From: Deferrisomatales bacterium
GTDB taxonomy: Bacteria; Desulfobacterota; Deferrisomatia; Deferrisomatales; JACRMM01
DNA length: 61,529 bases
Assembly (NCBI GenBank): GCA_033551855.1
Contig: JAWSUI010000019.1
Coordinates: 1-61,529 of the forward strand
Reading direction: 5' to 3'
Under the pieces are notes generated by a model. That model ran no database searches. It saw only the letters and a program-made list of their open reading frames with translations, and had not been told where the DNA came from. Positions within the stretch are counted from its first letter, which is position 1. Every line of letters begins with the position of its first letter. Shown one piece after another: positions 1-8,330 of the stretch. Position numbers and translations under genes: made by a program.

Positions 1-95
1 AAAATAATAGGGCCGTATCCTGGTTACATGCAACTACCTAACCGGACAACACTGAAAAATTCCGTAAGGGTTGGCGCCTTCTACCCCTTAGACCT

Positions 96-320
96 TTACG
101 AAAAGGTCCCTGCCAGATGCGCGTGTTTGAGCCATTTCCGAGGGGTCCGGGAATTGCTGATAAGGAAATGAAGCGCCTTGACGAGCGTGTAGGTCTTTCC
201 AGCACCGGCACCGGCTTCGACGAGGAAGCTCTCTTTGCGCTCCAGGCAGCCATATACTTCGGCGAGGGCTTTACGGCTGGCCTCTTCGGCCGGGTTCAAT
301 TGTTCCACGATCTCAGTCAT
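96..320 (-). pseudogene. N-terminal fragment of UvrD-like helicase (GajB-like partner of the OLD nuclease), truncated at about nt 158
   Basis: ATG at 320 overlaps the OLD stop (ATGACTGA). Reads MTEIVEQ...FLVEAGAGAGKTYTLVKALHFLI (UvrD-type Walker A), then unrelated sequence and a stop at 96. No motif Ia (TFTN-like) in any frame downstream. Confidence 0.8.
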
Positions 321-2364
321 CTTGAGTCGCCGCTGCTTCGGGGACCTCGACCGGGGCCATCTGGACGATCGCCTCATCCGCGTCGGGAATGCAACCAGCC
401 GCCAGCCATCTCAATCCGTCCAGGATATAGCCGGGCGCGGTCCAATTCCTCTCGTCGATAGCGTATTTGAGGGCGAACTGGGACTTCTTGATCTTGTCGA
501 GCTTGTCCCATGCCCACTGGGCCTGCTCTTCGGGCGTGGCACCTTGGATACCGAACATCGCCGGATTCGCCAGCATGAAAGCGTCCTCGAAAGTGCGGCC
601 GCACGGGCCGCCTTCGGCCTCAGGCCTTTGAAAGGCGATGCGCCGGAGTTCCTTGACCTTGTCCTCGTCGTCCTTCGTCAGAAGTGCCTCGGGTGAGCAA
701 TCGCCGTCTCCGAACCAAGTGTTGAGACAGATGTTGCTCGTGGCTGTTCCCTCATGCACCGGACAGGCGGCGCCGCCGGCGGCGACGACGGCGTCCAGAT
801 CCGTGATGATGAGGGTCCGAAGCTGCAGAAAGTCGAGAAGGTCAAAGAATATGTGTGCGTAGGCGCCGCCGACTTCCATAGTCGTCATGTACTGGCTGGA
901 CAGCTTCGGCGCATCGGGTTCTGACTCCTCCAGCTTTTCGATGATCACTGGCAGCAGCAGCCGCTCGCTGGTGCCCTCGATCAAAATGGCCTTGTCGGCG
1001 AAGAACAGGTCGCAGCGAGTCAGCGTCAGATATTGGTGGAGAAACCTTCTGTGGTCTTCCGGCGTTTCGCGCAGCCCTTCGCGCAGGTCCTTGATCTCGG
1101 TCTGGCGAACGCCGCCAGCGGCGGTCGGGAGGAAATACCGGATTGCCTCGAAGCCGGCGGCGTTTGCGACGTGGGAGGAGTGTGTCGATACAATGAACTG
1201 AACCGGCCAAGGCAAGGGTGCGTCCTCCTGGGCGCTGAGCTGTTGAGCAATCTTCGATACCTGGCGGATGAACACTTCCTGCATCTGGGGGTGCAGGTGT
1301 GCCTCGGGTTCCTCGATAAACACAAGATGGACGCCAGGTGCGGTCGGTTCCGCTCTAAAACTGCGATAGAAACTGACGATCCGAAGCAGGATGAAGATGA
1401 GATTACGTATCCCGAGCCCGGTATAGGACTCCGGCAGCAGAATTCCATGATAGCCCGCGTATCTCACCTTGGTGTGGCGTGAAAGGAGGCGCTCTACGTC
1501 GAGCGTTGTCTCCGTCTCCAACTCGGAACCGTCGAGGCCGGGATAGCCGAACGTGTGCAAAGTCGGCATCAGCTTCCGCAGCTCTTCCTTAAAACCACCC
1601 TCGATCGTTTGCTGAATGTCGCGCACGGCCTCTTGCAAAGATTGAGCGATGGCTTGGTCAGCTTGGTCGGCAGTTGGCGATTTCGCGGCGGTGAAGAGAC
1701 CTTCCAGAATTTTGGCCAAGACGTCGGGGTCTCTCGACGTGTCGTCGTCGAGCCCGCGTTGGGCGTTCACGAAACCCGTCTTCAGGAGTGCCCGGAGCGC
1801 AGTCACGGTCATCTGCTTGCGGTTGGTAGCGTCGTTGGGGTCTTCGGCCAAAATGCTGGCGCCGAAGAGAGCGGGTACGCGCTCGCGGAGCAGTTGGAAG
1901 AACGCACGCCGGTCCTCGGCGGTCAGGTCTCCTGCCGGCTGATCGGCGAAAAGCGACTCGATGGCGCCGTCACGCAACTCGTAGCGCGCCACGACGAGGG
2001 CTTCGTTGCAGTCGGGGTCGAGGTCGATGACGAAGTCGCTGAGAGGGCCAAGCTCGGGCTGTTCCGGATCGTATCGGAACAGGAGTCGCAGCTCGATGCT
2101 CGGAATCAGAGCGCGAACCTCATCGTCTTGCTGGCCCGCGTTCTTGGCCTCCAGCGCTTCGCAAAAGCCGTCATATGAGGCGTTCGAGAAATCTTCGATC
2201 TGGAACTTTGGGTTCTGATCTACGAGAAACCGCCGGATGACCTCCGAAAGCGATGTCTTACCGCTGTTGTTGCGGCCGACGATGAGAGTCGTTTGCTCCT
2301 CAAGCACCAGTTCCACGTCGGCCAGAAGCCGGAAGTTTTTGACTCTGACTTTATGGATGTGCAT
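313..2364 (-). CDS. OLD-family ATP-dependent endonuclease (ABC ATPase + TOPRIM), class 2 / Gabija GajA-like
   Basis: 683 aa. Walker A GRNNSGKTS, signature-like YTGLG, Walker B FIEEPEAHLHP, STHS loop, TOPRIM LIEGTSE and TDLD. Coupled to a UvrD fragment. Confidence 0.9.
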   Translation of the reverse strand: MHIHKVRVKNFRLLADVELVLEEQTTLIVGRNNSGKTSLSEVIRRFLVDQNPKFQIEDFSNASYDGFCEALEAKNAGQQDDEVRALIPSIELRLLFRYDPEQPELGPLSDFVIDLDPDCNEALVVARYELRDGAIESLFADQPAGDLTAEDRRAFFQLLRERVPALFGASILAEDPNDATNRKQMTVTALRALLKTGFVNAQRGLDDDTSRDPDVLAKILEGLFTAAKSPTADQADQAIAQSLQEAVRDIQQTIEGGFKEELRKLMPTLHTFGYPGLDGSELETETTLDVERLLSRHTKVRYAGYHGILLPESYTGLGIRNLIFILLRIVSFYRSFRAEPTAPGVHLVFIEEPEAHLHPQMQEVFIRQVSKIAQQLSAQEDAPLPWPVQFIVSTHSSHVANAAGFEAIRYFLPTAAGGVRQTEIKDLREGLRETPEDHRRFLHQYLTLTRCDLFFADKAILIEGTSERLLLPVIIEKLEESEPDAPKLSSQYMTTMEVGGAYAHIFFDLLDFLQLRTLIITDLDAVVAAGGAACPVHEGTATSNICLNTWFGDGDCSPEALLTKDDEDKVKELRRIAFQRPEAEGGPCGRTFEDAFMLANPAMFGIQGATPEEQAQWAWDKLDKIKKSQFALKYAIDERNWTAPGYILDGLRWLAAGCIPDADEAIVQMAPVEVPEAAATQDD

Positions 2365-2409
2365 GTTGGCCCTTTATGGTCGATTACATTCTTACCACAT
2401 AACTAATAG

Positions 2410-2513
2410 GGTTGTATCCGGAACGCCGGCAACGGGAATCCTGAGGACGCCGGCCACGGTTCGGGGCCGCGGTCAGGTCCGGGGCGGCAAGGGCCGACAT
2501 TCCGGATACAACC
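2410..2513. repeat. 21-bp imperfect inverted repeat (REP-doublet-like hairpin) upstream of the OLD gene
   Basis: GGTTGTATCCGGAACGCCGGC (2410-2430) vs GCCGACATTCCGGATACAACC (2493-2513); 19/21 complementary. Confidence 0.85.
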
Positions 2514-2839
2514 TGTTGAGCGAAGCCGCTTGGCCGACGTCGCTCGACGCCGGTCGTTGATCTTCTATGGGGTTTGGTTTCGCGGGCAGGAGGGCCCAGG
2601 GGGGAACGTGGGGACGCAAGATGGGGTGAGGGACGACGGTCTGCGGCCCCGCTGGAAAGATCGATCTCGAAACCACGCGGAAGTTGGATCGCACGGGCAC
2701 CCCCTTGGGGGTGTTTCTACCTCGTTTCTCGCCCGGATGCCAGAGCTTCCCTCGGGGTTCGGGAAGACGGGCGTGGAGGTCGGCAGCTCGGGAAGGATGC
2801 CCGCTCTCGCGGAAACCCGGGCGGACCGTCCGGCGGGGG

Positions 2840-4246
2840 TCAGCGCCGCTTCAGCCCCAGGTGCGCCGCCACGTCCGCAGCGGAAGCGGCCAGCGCTACC
2901 GGCCGGTTCACCAGGTCCTCCCGCGGCTCGATCTCGTACTCGGGTCCCAGGGTGCCGGCGAAGTACGCCTCCTGGAACCCGGCGAACTTGAGCTGGTGGC
3001 TGGTGGAGTCGCACACGTACGTGCCCTCCTCTCCCACCAGGCCCGTCCGAAGGGCGTGGCGCAGGCCGGCGATCGCCTCCCCCCCCTGGGTGCACACCAC
3101 GTGCCCGTGACGGTTGGCCGTCAGCATCCCCTCCATGATCTCCTGCTCGGTGACCTCCACGCACTCGAACCGCTCCCGGTAGTGCTCCTCCACCAGGTCC
3201 CGCACCTTGGGGAAGGAAACCGGGTTGCCGATCATGGCGGCCTGGGCCACGCTGGGCCAAACCGGTACGGGGCGGTACTCCCCACTGCGCCGCCACAGGG
3301 CCACCGGGTTGGCGTGCTCGCTCTGCACCCCCAGGATCCGGGGAAGCTCGTCGATCACCCCGAGTCGCCACAGGTCCAGGAATCCCTCCATGAGGGCCGT
3401 CACGTTCCCGGCGTTCCCGATGGGCACCACGACCGTGAGCCCCTCCACCCGCCAATCGAGCTGCTGGGCCACCTCGAAGGCGAAGGACTTCTGGCCGTTG
3501 ATGCGGACCGGGTTCTTGGAATTGAGCAGGAAGACCTCGTAGCCCTCGGCGAGCTCCTCCACGAGCCGCATGCAGTCGTCGAACACCCCGGGAACCTCGA
3601 GGACCGCCGCCCCGCTCCCGAGGGGCTGGGAGAGCTGCTGGGGGGTGACCTTCCCCTGGGGGAGCAGCACCGCCGACTTCACGACGCCCTTCGGGAGGTA
3701 GGAGAGGTATAGAGCCGCCGCCGCCGAGGTGTCGCCGGTGCTGGCGCAGATGCCGAGGACCGCGGCCGGCTTGTGGACCTTGAGGTAGTGGTGCAGAAAG
3801 CTGATGGCGCTCGCCATCCCCCGATCCTTGAAGGAGGCGGAGGGGTTCTGCCCGTCGTTCTTCACCAGGAAGGGGGCGCCGACCCAGGCCGCCAGCTCCG
3901 CATTGGCGCGCACCAGGGGGGTGTGCCCCTCGCCGAGGTAAATCACGTCCTCCAAGGGGACCCAGGGGAGGACCAGCTCGTGGAAGAGGAAGACCCCCTG
4001 GAGCCCTTCCACCCGGGCCGCTCGGCGCAGGTCGAACACCCGGCGCCACTCCTGACCGGTCCTCGCCCGCAGGGCCTCGAAACCCTGGTCCACCACCCGC
4101 AGCAGGCTCCGGCAGGCCGGGCAGGTGTAGAGCAGGCGCTCCAGGGCGAAAGTGTCCCCGCACCGGATGCACTGGTAAGCCATACGGGCCTCGTGGCGGG
4201 GCAGGATGTCGATGCCCGTGAGGGCCAAGAGCTCGTCGGGTCGCAC
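2840..4246 (-). CDS. thrC: Threonine synthase
   Basis: 468 aa. PLP lysine motif NPSASFKDRG, CASTGDTSAA, NSKNPVRINGQKS, PIGNAGN. Confidence 0.92.
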   Translation of the reverse strand: MRPDELLALTGIDILPRHEARMAYQCIRCGDTFALERLLYTCPACRSLLRVVDQGFEALRARTGQEWRRVFDLRRAARVEGLQGVFLFHELVLPWVPLEDVIYLGEGHTPLVRANAELAAWVGAPFLVKNDGQNPSASFKDRGMASAISFLHHYLKVHKPAAVLGICASTGDTSAAAALYLSYLPKGVVKSAVLLPQGKVTPQQLSQPLGSGAAVLEVPGVFDDCMRLVEELAEGYEVFLLNSKNPVRINGQKSFAFEVAQQLDWRVEGLTVVVPIGNAGNVTALMEGFLDLWRLGVIDELPRILGVQSEHANPVALWRRSGEYRPVPVWPSVAQAAMIGNPVSFPKVRDLVEEHYRERFECVEVTEQEIMEGMLTANRHGHVVCTQGGEAIAGLRHALRTGLVGEEGTYVCDSTSHQLKFAGFQEAYFAGTLGPEYEIEPREDLVNRPVALAASAADVAAHLGLKRR

Positions 4247-4638
4247 GGGTGCCTCCTCCGGCGTCGGCGGTGGGGGGCGCGGCAGGGCCGCAGGATGCTG
4301 CGCCGGGGGCTCGAGGTCAAGGGCGTTCGCGGACCCGGCGGGGACCGCGGAAGGCCGGCCCGGCTTGCACCCCCGTCGGCGATGCGCTAAGAAGGTCTCC
4401 GGGAAGAGGCTCTTCCGGGAAACGGCCGTCGGTCACGCCCCGGAGGACCCCGGCCGGGCTCCGCAGCGAATCCGAACAGGGTGCCGAAAAACGCTGCCCT
4501 CCCCGGGTTCTTCAACAGCCGTTTCTCGGGGACGGCCCCTTCGAACCCTCACGAATCACTACGCTATTCCAGCGCCGTGATTCGGCGCCCCCTCCATGGG
4601 GCGCACGCTGGCTTCGTTTCCGGCAGCCTGCCGAGGCG

Positions 4639-4772
4639 GCTTCCACAAGGGACTGGGGATAACCTGTGGACGACCTTGGGGACAACCTCCGGGGACCTTT
4701 GGCCGGCGGCCGTTCTGCCGAGAGCGCACTTAATTTGTGCATTGAAATTTTCAACATGAAATCAACAACTTA
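4639..4772 (+). promoter_or_regulatory. DnaA-box-like cluster plus IHF consensus site (module 1)
   Basis: GCTTCCACA 4639-4647 (opposite orientation), TGGGGATAA 4654-4662, TGTGGACGA 4665-4673, TGGGGACAA 4677-4685. AT-rich 4729-4780 contains AATCAACAACTTA 4760-4772 = WATCAANNNNTTR. Confidence 0.65.
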
Positions 4773-4860
4773 CACATGATGCTGGATTCTCGGGGCTTTC
4801 TCGCGGCCGGGCGGCGGGGGCCCGGAACCCGGGCCCCCGCCGACACCGCAACGGGGAGAG

Positions 4861-5556
4861 ATGCCGATGCTCAAGGTCACCTACCACGGTCACGCCTGTT
4901 TCTTCCTGGACAGCGGATCACACCGGGTCATCATCGACCCGTTCCTCAGCGGCAACCCCACCAGCAAAGCGGGTGTGGAGGACTTCCCCGCCCTGGACGC
5001 GATCCTCGTCACCCACGGCCACGCCGACCACCTCGGCGACGCGGTGGACCTCTCCAAACGCTGCCGCGCCCCCATCGTGGCGCCCTTCGAGCTGGCGGCG
5101 TTCTGCCAGCGCCGCGGCGCCACGGTGCACCCGATGCACATCGGCGGGAGCCACCGCTTCGAGTTCGGCCGGGTCAAGCTGACGATCGCCCACCACGGCT
5201 CGGCCTTCGTGGACAAGACGGCCGAGTACACCGGCAATCCGTGCGGGTTCCTGGTGGACCTCGGGGGCCTCACGGTGTACCACGCCGGGGACACCGGGCT
5301 GTTCTACGACATGAAGCTCATCGGCGACATGAACGCCATCGATCTGGCTCTGCTCCCTATCGGGGACAACTTCACCATGGGCCCCGAGGACGCAGCGCAG
5401 GCCGTGGAGCTCTTGCACCCTCGGTTCGTGGTCCCCATGCACTACGCGACGTTCGACGTCCTGGAGCAGGACGCGACGGGGTTCGTCGAGATGGCCCGCG
5501 GGCTCGGGGCGGAGGTGGTCGTGCTGGCCCCCGGACAGACCCGGGAGTTCCCCTGA
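4861..5556 (+). CDS. Metal-dependent hydrolase, metallo-beta-lactamase fold (UPF0173-like)
   Basis: YHGHACF, IDPFL, THGHADH, YHAGDT, LPIGDNFTM, PMHY motifs. Start may be 4867. Confidence 0.9.
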   Translation: MPMLKVTYHGHACFFLDSGSHRVIIDPFLSGNPTSKAGVEDFPALDAILVTHGHADHLGDAVDLSKRCRAPIVAPFELAAFCQRRGATVHPMHIGGSHRFEFGRVKLTIAHHGSAFVDKTAEYTGNPCGFLVDLGGLTVYHAGDTGLFYDMKLIGDMNAIDLALLPIGDNFTMGPEDAAQAVELLHPRFVVPMHYATFDVLEQDATGFVEMARGLGAEVVVLAPGQTREFP

Positions 5557-6306
5557 GTGGAGGCTCTGTACCCCTGGGGGCTGCGTTTGGCGGCTGCGGC
5601 TGCGGCCGGGTGGGGTTTCACGCTCGCGTGGAGGGGAGGCTGGCCGCGGGGGTGCCTTGCGGTCCCCGTGGGGGCGGCCCTCGCAGCGGGGATGTGGCGG
5701 ACCGCCCAGACGGGGCGACCGCCCCTCACGGGCCTCCACGAGACGACGCTCCTCCTGGGAATCCTGCTCGTGGTCACGGCCGCACTGTTCTGTGTGAGAG
5801 GAGGCCACGGGCGGGCATACGGCCTGTGCCTCCTGGGGGCGGCGACCCTCTGGGCGGTCTCGTCGGCCACCAACCCGCGGCCGGCCCCCGACCTGCCGGC
5901 ACTCCAGACCTGGTGGTTCGAGATCCACGTGGCCACCTCCTTCGCCTCCTATGCCTGCTTCGCGGTGGGTGCAGCCGCGGGTCTCGTGCACCTGGCGGGG
6001 GGGGAGCGGCCGGGCAACCGCGGCGTGCTCGAGGCTGCCAACCGCTGGGGCTTCGCCTGGTTCACCTGGGGGATGGTGAGCGGCGGCATCTGGGCCTACC
6101 TGGCCTGGGGCACCTACTGGCTGTGGCACGTCAAGGAGCTCTGGTCGGCGATCGTGTGGACCTACTACGCCGGCCTCATCCACCTGCCCCACATGGCCGG
6201 GTGGAGAGGGCGGCGGCAGTCCTGGGCCAGCGTCGTGGGCTTGGGGCTAGTCCTCTTCACCTACCTCGGCGTGGGGCTGCTGATGCGCAACACCCACCAA
6301 TTCTGA
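5557..6306 (+). CDS. ccsA: Cytochrome c biogenesis protein CcsA/ResC (system II)
   Basis: Hydrophobic 249 aa. PALQTWWFEIHV (conserved His), WWD-like WAYLAWGTYWLWHVKELW, second His in LIHL, FTYLGV...HQF tail. Confidence 0.85.
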   Translation: MEALYPWGLRLAAAAAAGWGFTLAWRGGWPRGCLAVPVGAALAAGMWRTAQTGRPPLTGLHETTLLLGILLVVTAALFCVRGGHGRAYGLCLLGAATLWAVSSATNPRPAPDLPALQTWWFEIHVATSFASYACFAVGAAAGLVHLAGGERPGNRGVLEAANRWGFAWFTWGMVSGGIWAYLAWGTYWLWHVKELWSAIVWTYYAGLIHLPHMAGWRGRRQSWASVVGLGLVLFTYLGVGLLMRNTHQF

Positions 6307-6321
6307 CCCCATGAGGCACCG

Positions 6322-7347
6322 GTGAAGCTCGCCCTCCGCGTCCTGGCATCCCTCAAGACCACCCTCGTCCTGGTGGGGATCCTGGTCGCCCTCTCGGCCT
6401 GGGGGTCCCTGGCGATCCAATTCCGGCCCGGGGACTACGCCGCCATCGAAGACAGCATCCTCTGGGAGTGGCTCCGCACGACAGGGGCCGCGCGGCCCGG
6501 TGCGGCATGGTGGGTGGCCTCGCTGGCCGCGGTAACGGCCCTCCTGGCCGTGAACACCGGGGTGTGCGTCGTCCAGAGGCTCGACCGCCACCGCCGGTCG
6601 GGGCGGATGCCGGCCCGCGCCCTCTTCGCTCACCTGGCCCACCTCGGTTTCCTGCTGGTGCTCGGGGCCCACCTGGTGGGCGCGGTGACCGGGTTCCGAT
6701 CCGACGGGCACGCTGCGTTCCCGGGCCAATCCTTCTCCGTCGAGGAGAGGCCCGGCTGGACGTACCGGGTCTCGGACGTCCGCGTGGACTTCGCGCCCCA
6801 GGGCTACCCCCGGTTCCTCGAGGCGGAGGTGGAGGTCCGCGAAGGGGATCAGCTCCTCACGGGGGAGGCCGTGCGCGTGAACCAACCTCTCCACGCGCGG
6901 GGGGTCGCGGCCTACCTCAAGGCCGCTCAGCCCAGCCTGCGGGGCTGGCACGTGGTCCTCCCCGACGGCCGGCCGCGCCGGATGGAGCTCGGCCGCCCCA
7001 CGCCCCTGGGGGAGGGGACCCTGACCTTGCTCGACTGGACCCGCACCCCGGACCGGCGGATCGCCGTGCGGGTTTCCTGGGAACCGGACGGCGCGCCCCG
7101 CGCCCACACGCTGTGGCTCGCCCCCGCCCCGGGGCAGCCCCTGGGCCTCCCCTCGGGTCCCCCGGCCCGGTGGGGGGACATTGCCGTTGATACCCTGGGG
7201 ATCTTCGATATAAGGTATGACCCCGGTGCCGGACTGGCCCTGGCTGGGTCGGCCCTGCTCAGCCTGAGCCTGATCCCCCTCCTCTGGCGCGGGCGGCGGC
7301 ACGAACCCGCCCCGGCGCCGCCCCACGGGACCGATGACGCCTGCTGA
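6322..7347 (+). CDS. Cytochrome c biogenesis protein ResB/CcsB-like
   Basis: N-terminal LASLK plus TM and GSLAIQ, VNTGVC, HLAHLGFLLVL, VRVNQPL, C-terminal YDPG plus TM; adjacent to ccsA. Confidence 0.8.
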   Translation: MKLALRVLASLKTTLVLVGILVALSAWGSLAIQFRPGDYAAIEDSILWEWLRTTGAARPGAAWWVASLAAVTALLAVNTGVCVVQRLDRHRRSGRMPARALFAHLAHLGFLLVLGAHLVGAVTGFRSDGHAAFPGQSFSVEERPGWTYRVSDVRVDFAPQGYPRFLEAEVEVREGDQLLTGEAVRVNQPLHARGVAAYLKAAQPSLRGWHVVLPDGRPRRMELGRPTPLGEGTLTLLDWTRTPDRRIAVRVSWEPDGAPRAHTLWLAPAPGQPLGLPSGPPARWGDIAVDTLGIFDIRYDPGAGLALAGSALLSLSLIPLLWRGRRHEPAPAPPHGTDDAC

Positions 7348-8011
7348 CCGAGACCGCCCCGCGACCCCCTGGTCCCTGGATCCCGCAGCGGCCAGGACCC
7401 TGGTCGAGCACAGCGTGGTGCGGGACCTGGACCGCTCCGGGACGGCCCACTTCCTGGTGAAGGTGCCCGACCTCGACAAGGCGATGCAGGCGGAGTTCGG
7501 GGTGGAGATCGAGCGGGAAGAGGACGGGTGCGTCGCCGTCTCGGTGCTGCTCTACGACATCCCCACCGAGCCGGTCACCTACGACCTGCGGTTCTACCCG
7601 GATTCCGCCGAGGACCTGCGCTTCCTGTACAGCCTGCTCGACTCCGGGCAGTTCCGCCTTTACCCCTGCGGCCAGCAGGGGAGCCGATGGAACGTGGGGC
7701 CGGCCCAGACGTTTCGCCTGCCCACCAACGCCCTGCTCCGCCTCAAGCACTACTCCCTGACCTGGCCCGCCAAGGAGACGGGGCCCGAGACCGCCGGCCA
7801 GGAGCCGGCGCCTCCGGCGGCGCCGCGGGCGAGCGATCCACGCGACACGGTGATCCGAAAGCTCAAGGAGCAGGTGCAGGCCCTGCGGGCCCAGATGCAG
7901 GAGCGCGACAAGCGGATCATCGAGCTGGAGGACGAGCTCAACGCGATCAAGAGCAGGGGGCGGGAATACCGGCTCTCGGGGGACCGAAAGCCCTGGTGGA
8001 AACCCTTCTGA
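7334..8011 (+). CDS. Hypothetical protein with C-terminal coiled coil and KPWWKPF tail
   Basis: 225 aa with typical codon usage; overlaps the resB-like stop; heptad-like IRKLKEQVQALRAQMQERDKRIIELEDEL. Confidence 0.75.
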   Translation: MTPADRDRPATPWSLDPAAARTLVEHSVVRDLDRSGTAHFLVKVPDLDKAMQAEFGVEIEREEDGCVAVSVLLYDIPTEPVTYDLRFYPDSAEDLRFLYSLLDSGQFRLYPCGQQGSRWNVGPAQTFRLPTNALLRLKHYSLTWPAKETGPETAGQEPAPPAAPRASDPRDTVIRKLKEQVQALRAQMQERDKRIIELEDELNAIKSRGREYRLSGDRKPWWKPF

Positions 8012-8065
8012 CCCATCGACCGACGCCGGGGACAGGGGGGACCCTTCGCCCCCGCGGCGGTGCGT

Positions 8066-8275
8066 TCCAGCACCCGCCACCCCATCGTGGGACGGAGCCC
8101 GGGCGCCCCGGAGACCAGCCCCGTGCCCCGTCGACCGACCCGACGAGTCCGGCACGCGCGTGTGAAGGCCGGAGCACCGAGGCCTGCCGGGACACCCCTT
8201 CGAATGGCTGCGGATGGCGGGGCGGAACGCAAGGGCTCCCGGATCCCGCTTGCCGACAAGGCGGGGAATCCTGGG
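8066..8275 (+). repeat. ~200-bp palindromic dispersed element, subfamily A, copy A1 (diverged)
   Basis: Aligns by eye to copies at 31549, 37431 and 45863; inner arms GGAGCCCGGGCGC / GCTCCCGGATCCC. Confidence 0.85.
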
Positions 8276-8288
8276 CGTTTTCCAGCTC

Positions 8289-8316
8289 TTGACACGCCCG
8301 GTGCCGCCCGTATAAT
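8289..8316 (+). promoter_or_regulatory. Sigma70 promoter of tRNA-Met with GC-rich discriminator
   Basis: TTGACA 8289-8294, 16-bp spacer, TATAAT 8311-8316, then GGCGCCTC. Confidence 0.9.
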
Positions 8317-8330
8317 GGCGCCTCTTTCAG

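Noticed and set aside
2471..2496. GGTCAGGTCCGG resembling SRP RNA helix 8
   Set aside because: Lacks the GNRA tetraloop and the AGCAG motif that must follow.
2397..2521. Integron attC site (minus strand GCTCAAC ... GTTATGT around a long hairpin, 125 bp, just before the OLD gene)
   Set aside because: The AAC/GTT cores are 5 nt out of register with the stem, GTTATGT deviates from GTTRRRY, and no second attC or integrase is visible. IntegronFinder would settle it.
2622..2650. TGGGGTGAGGGACG resembling a reverse tRNA 3' end (possible att site)
   Set aside because: No TTC T-loop or T-stem at the expected position.
4406..4540. Nested degenerate inverted repeats resembling IS5/IS1182-type ends (GGGTGCCGAAAAAC / GTTCTTCAACAGCC)
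   Set aside because: Only about 10/14 complementary in GC-rich DNA; too weak to call without other copies.
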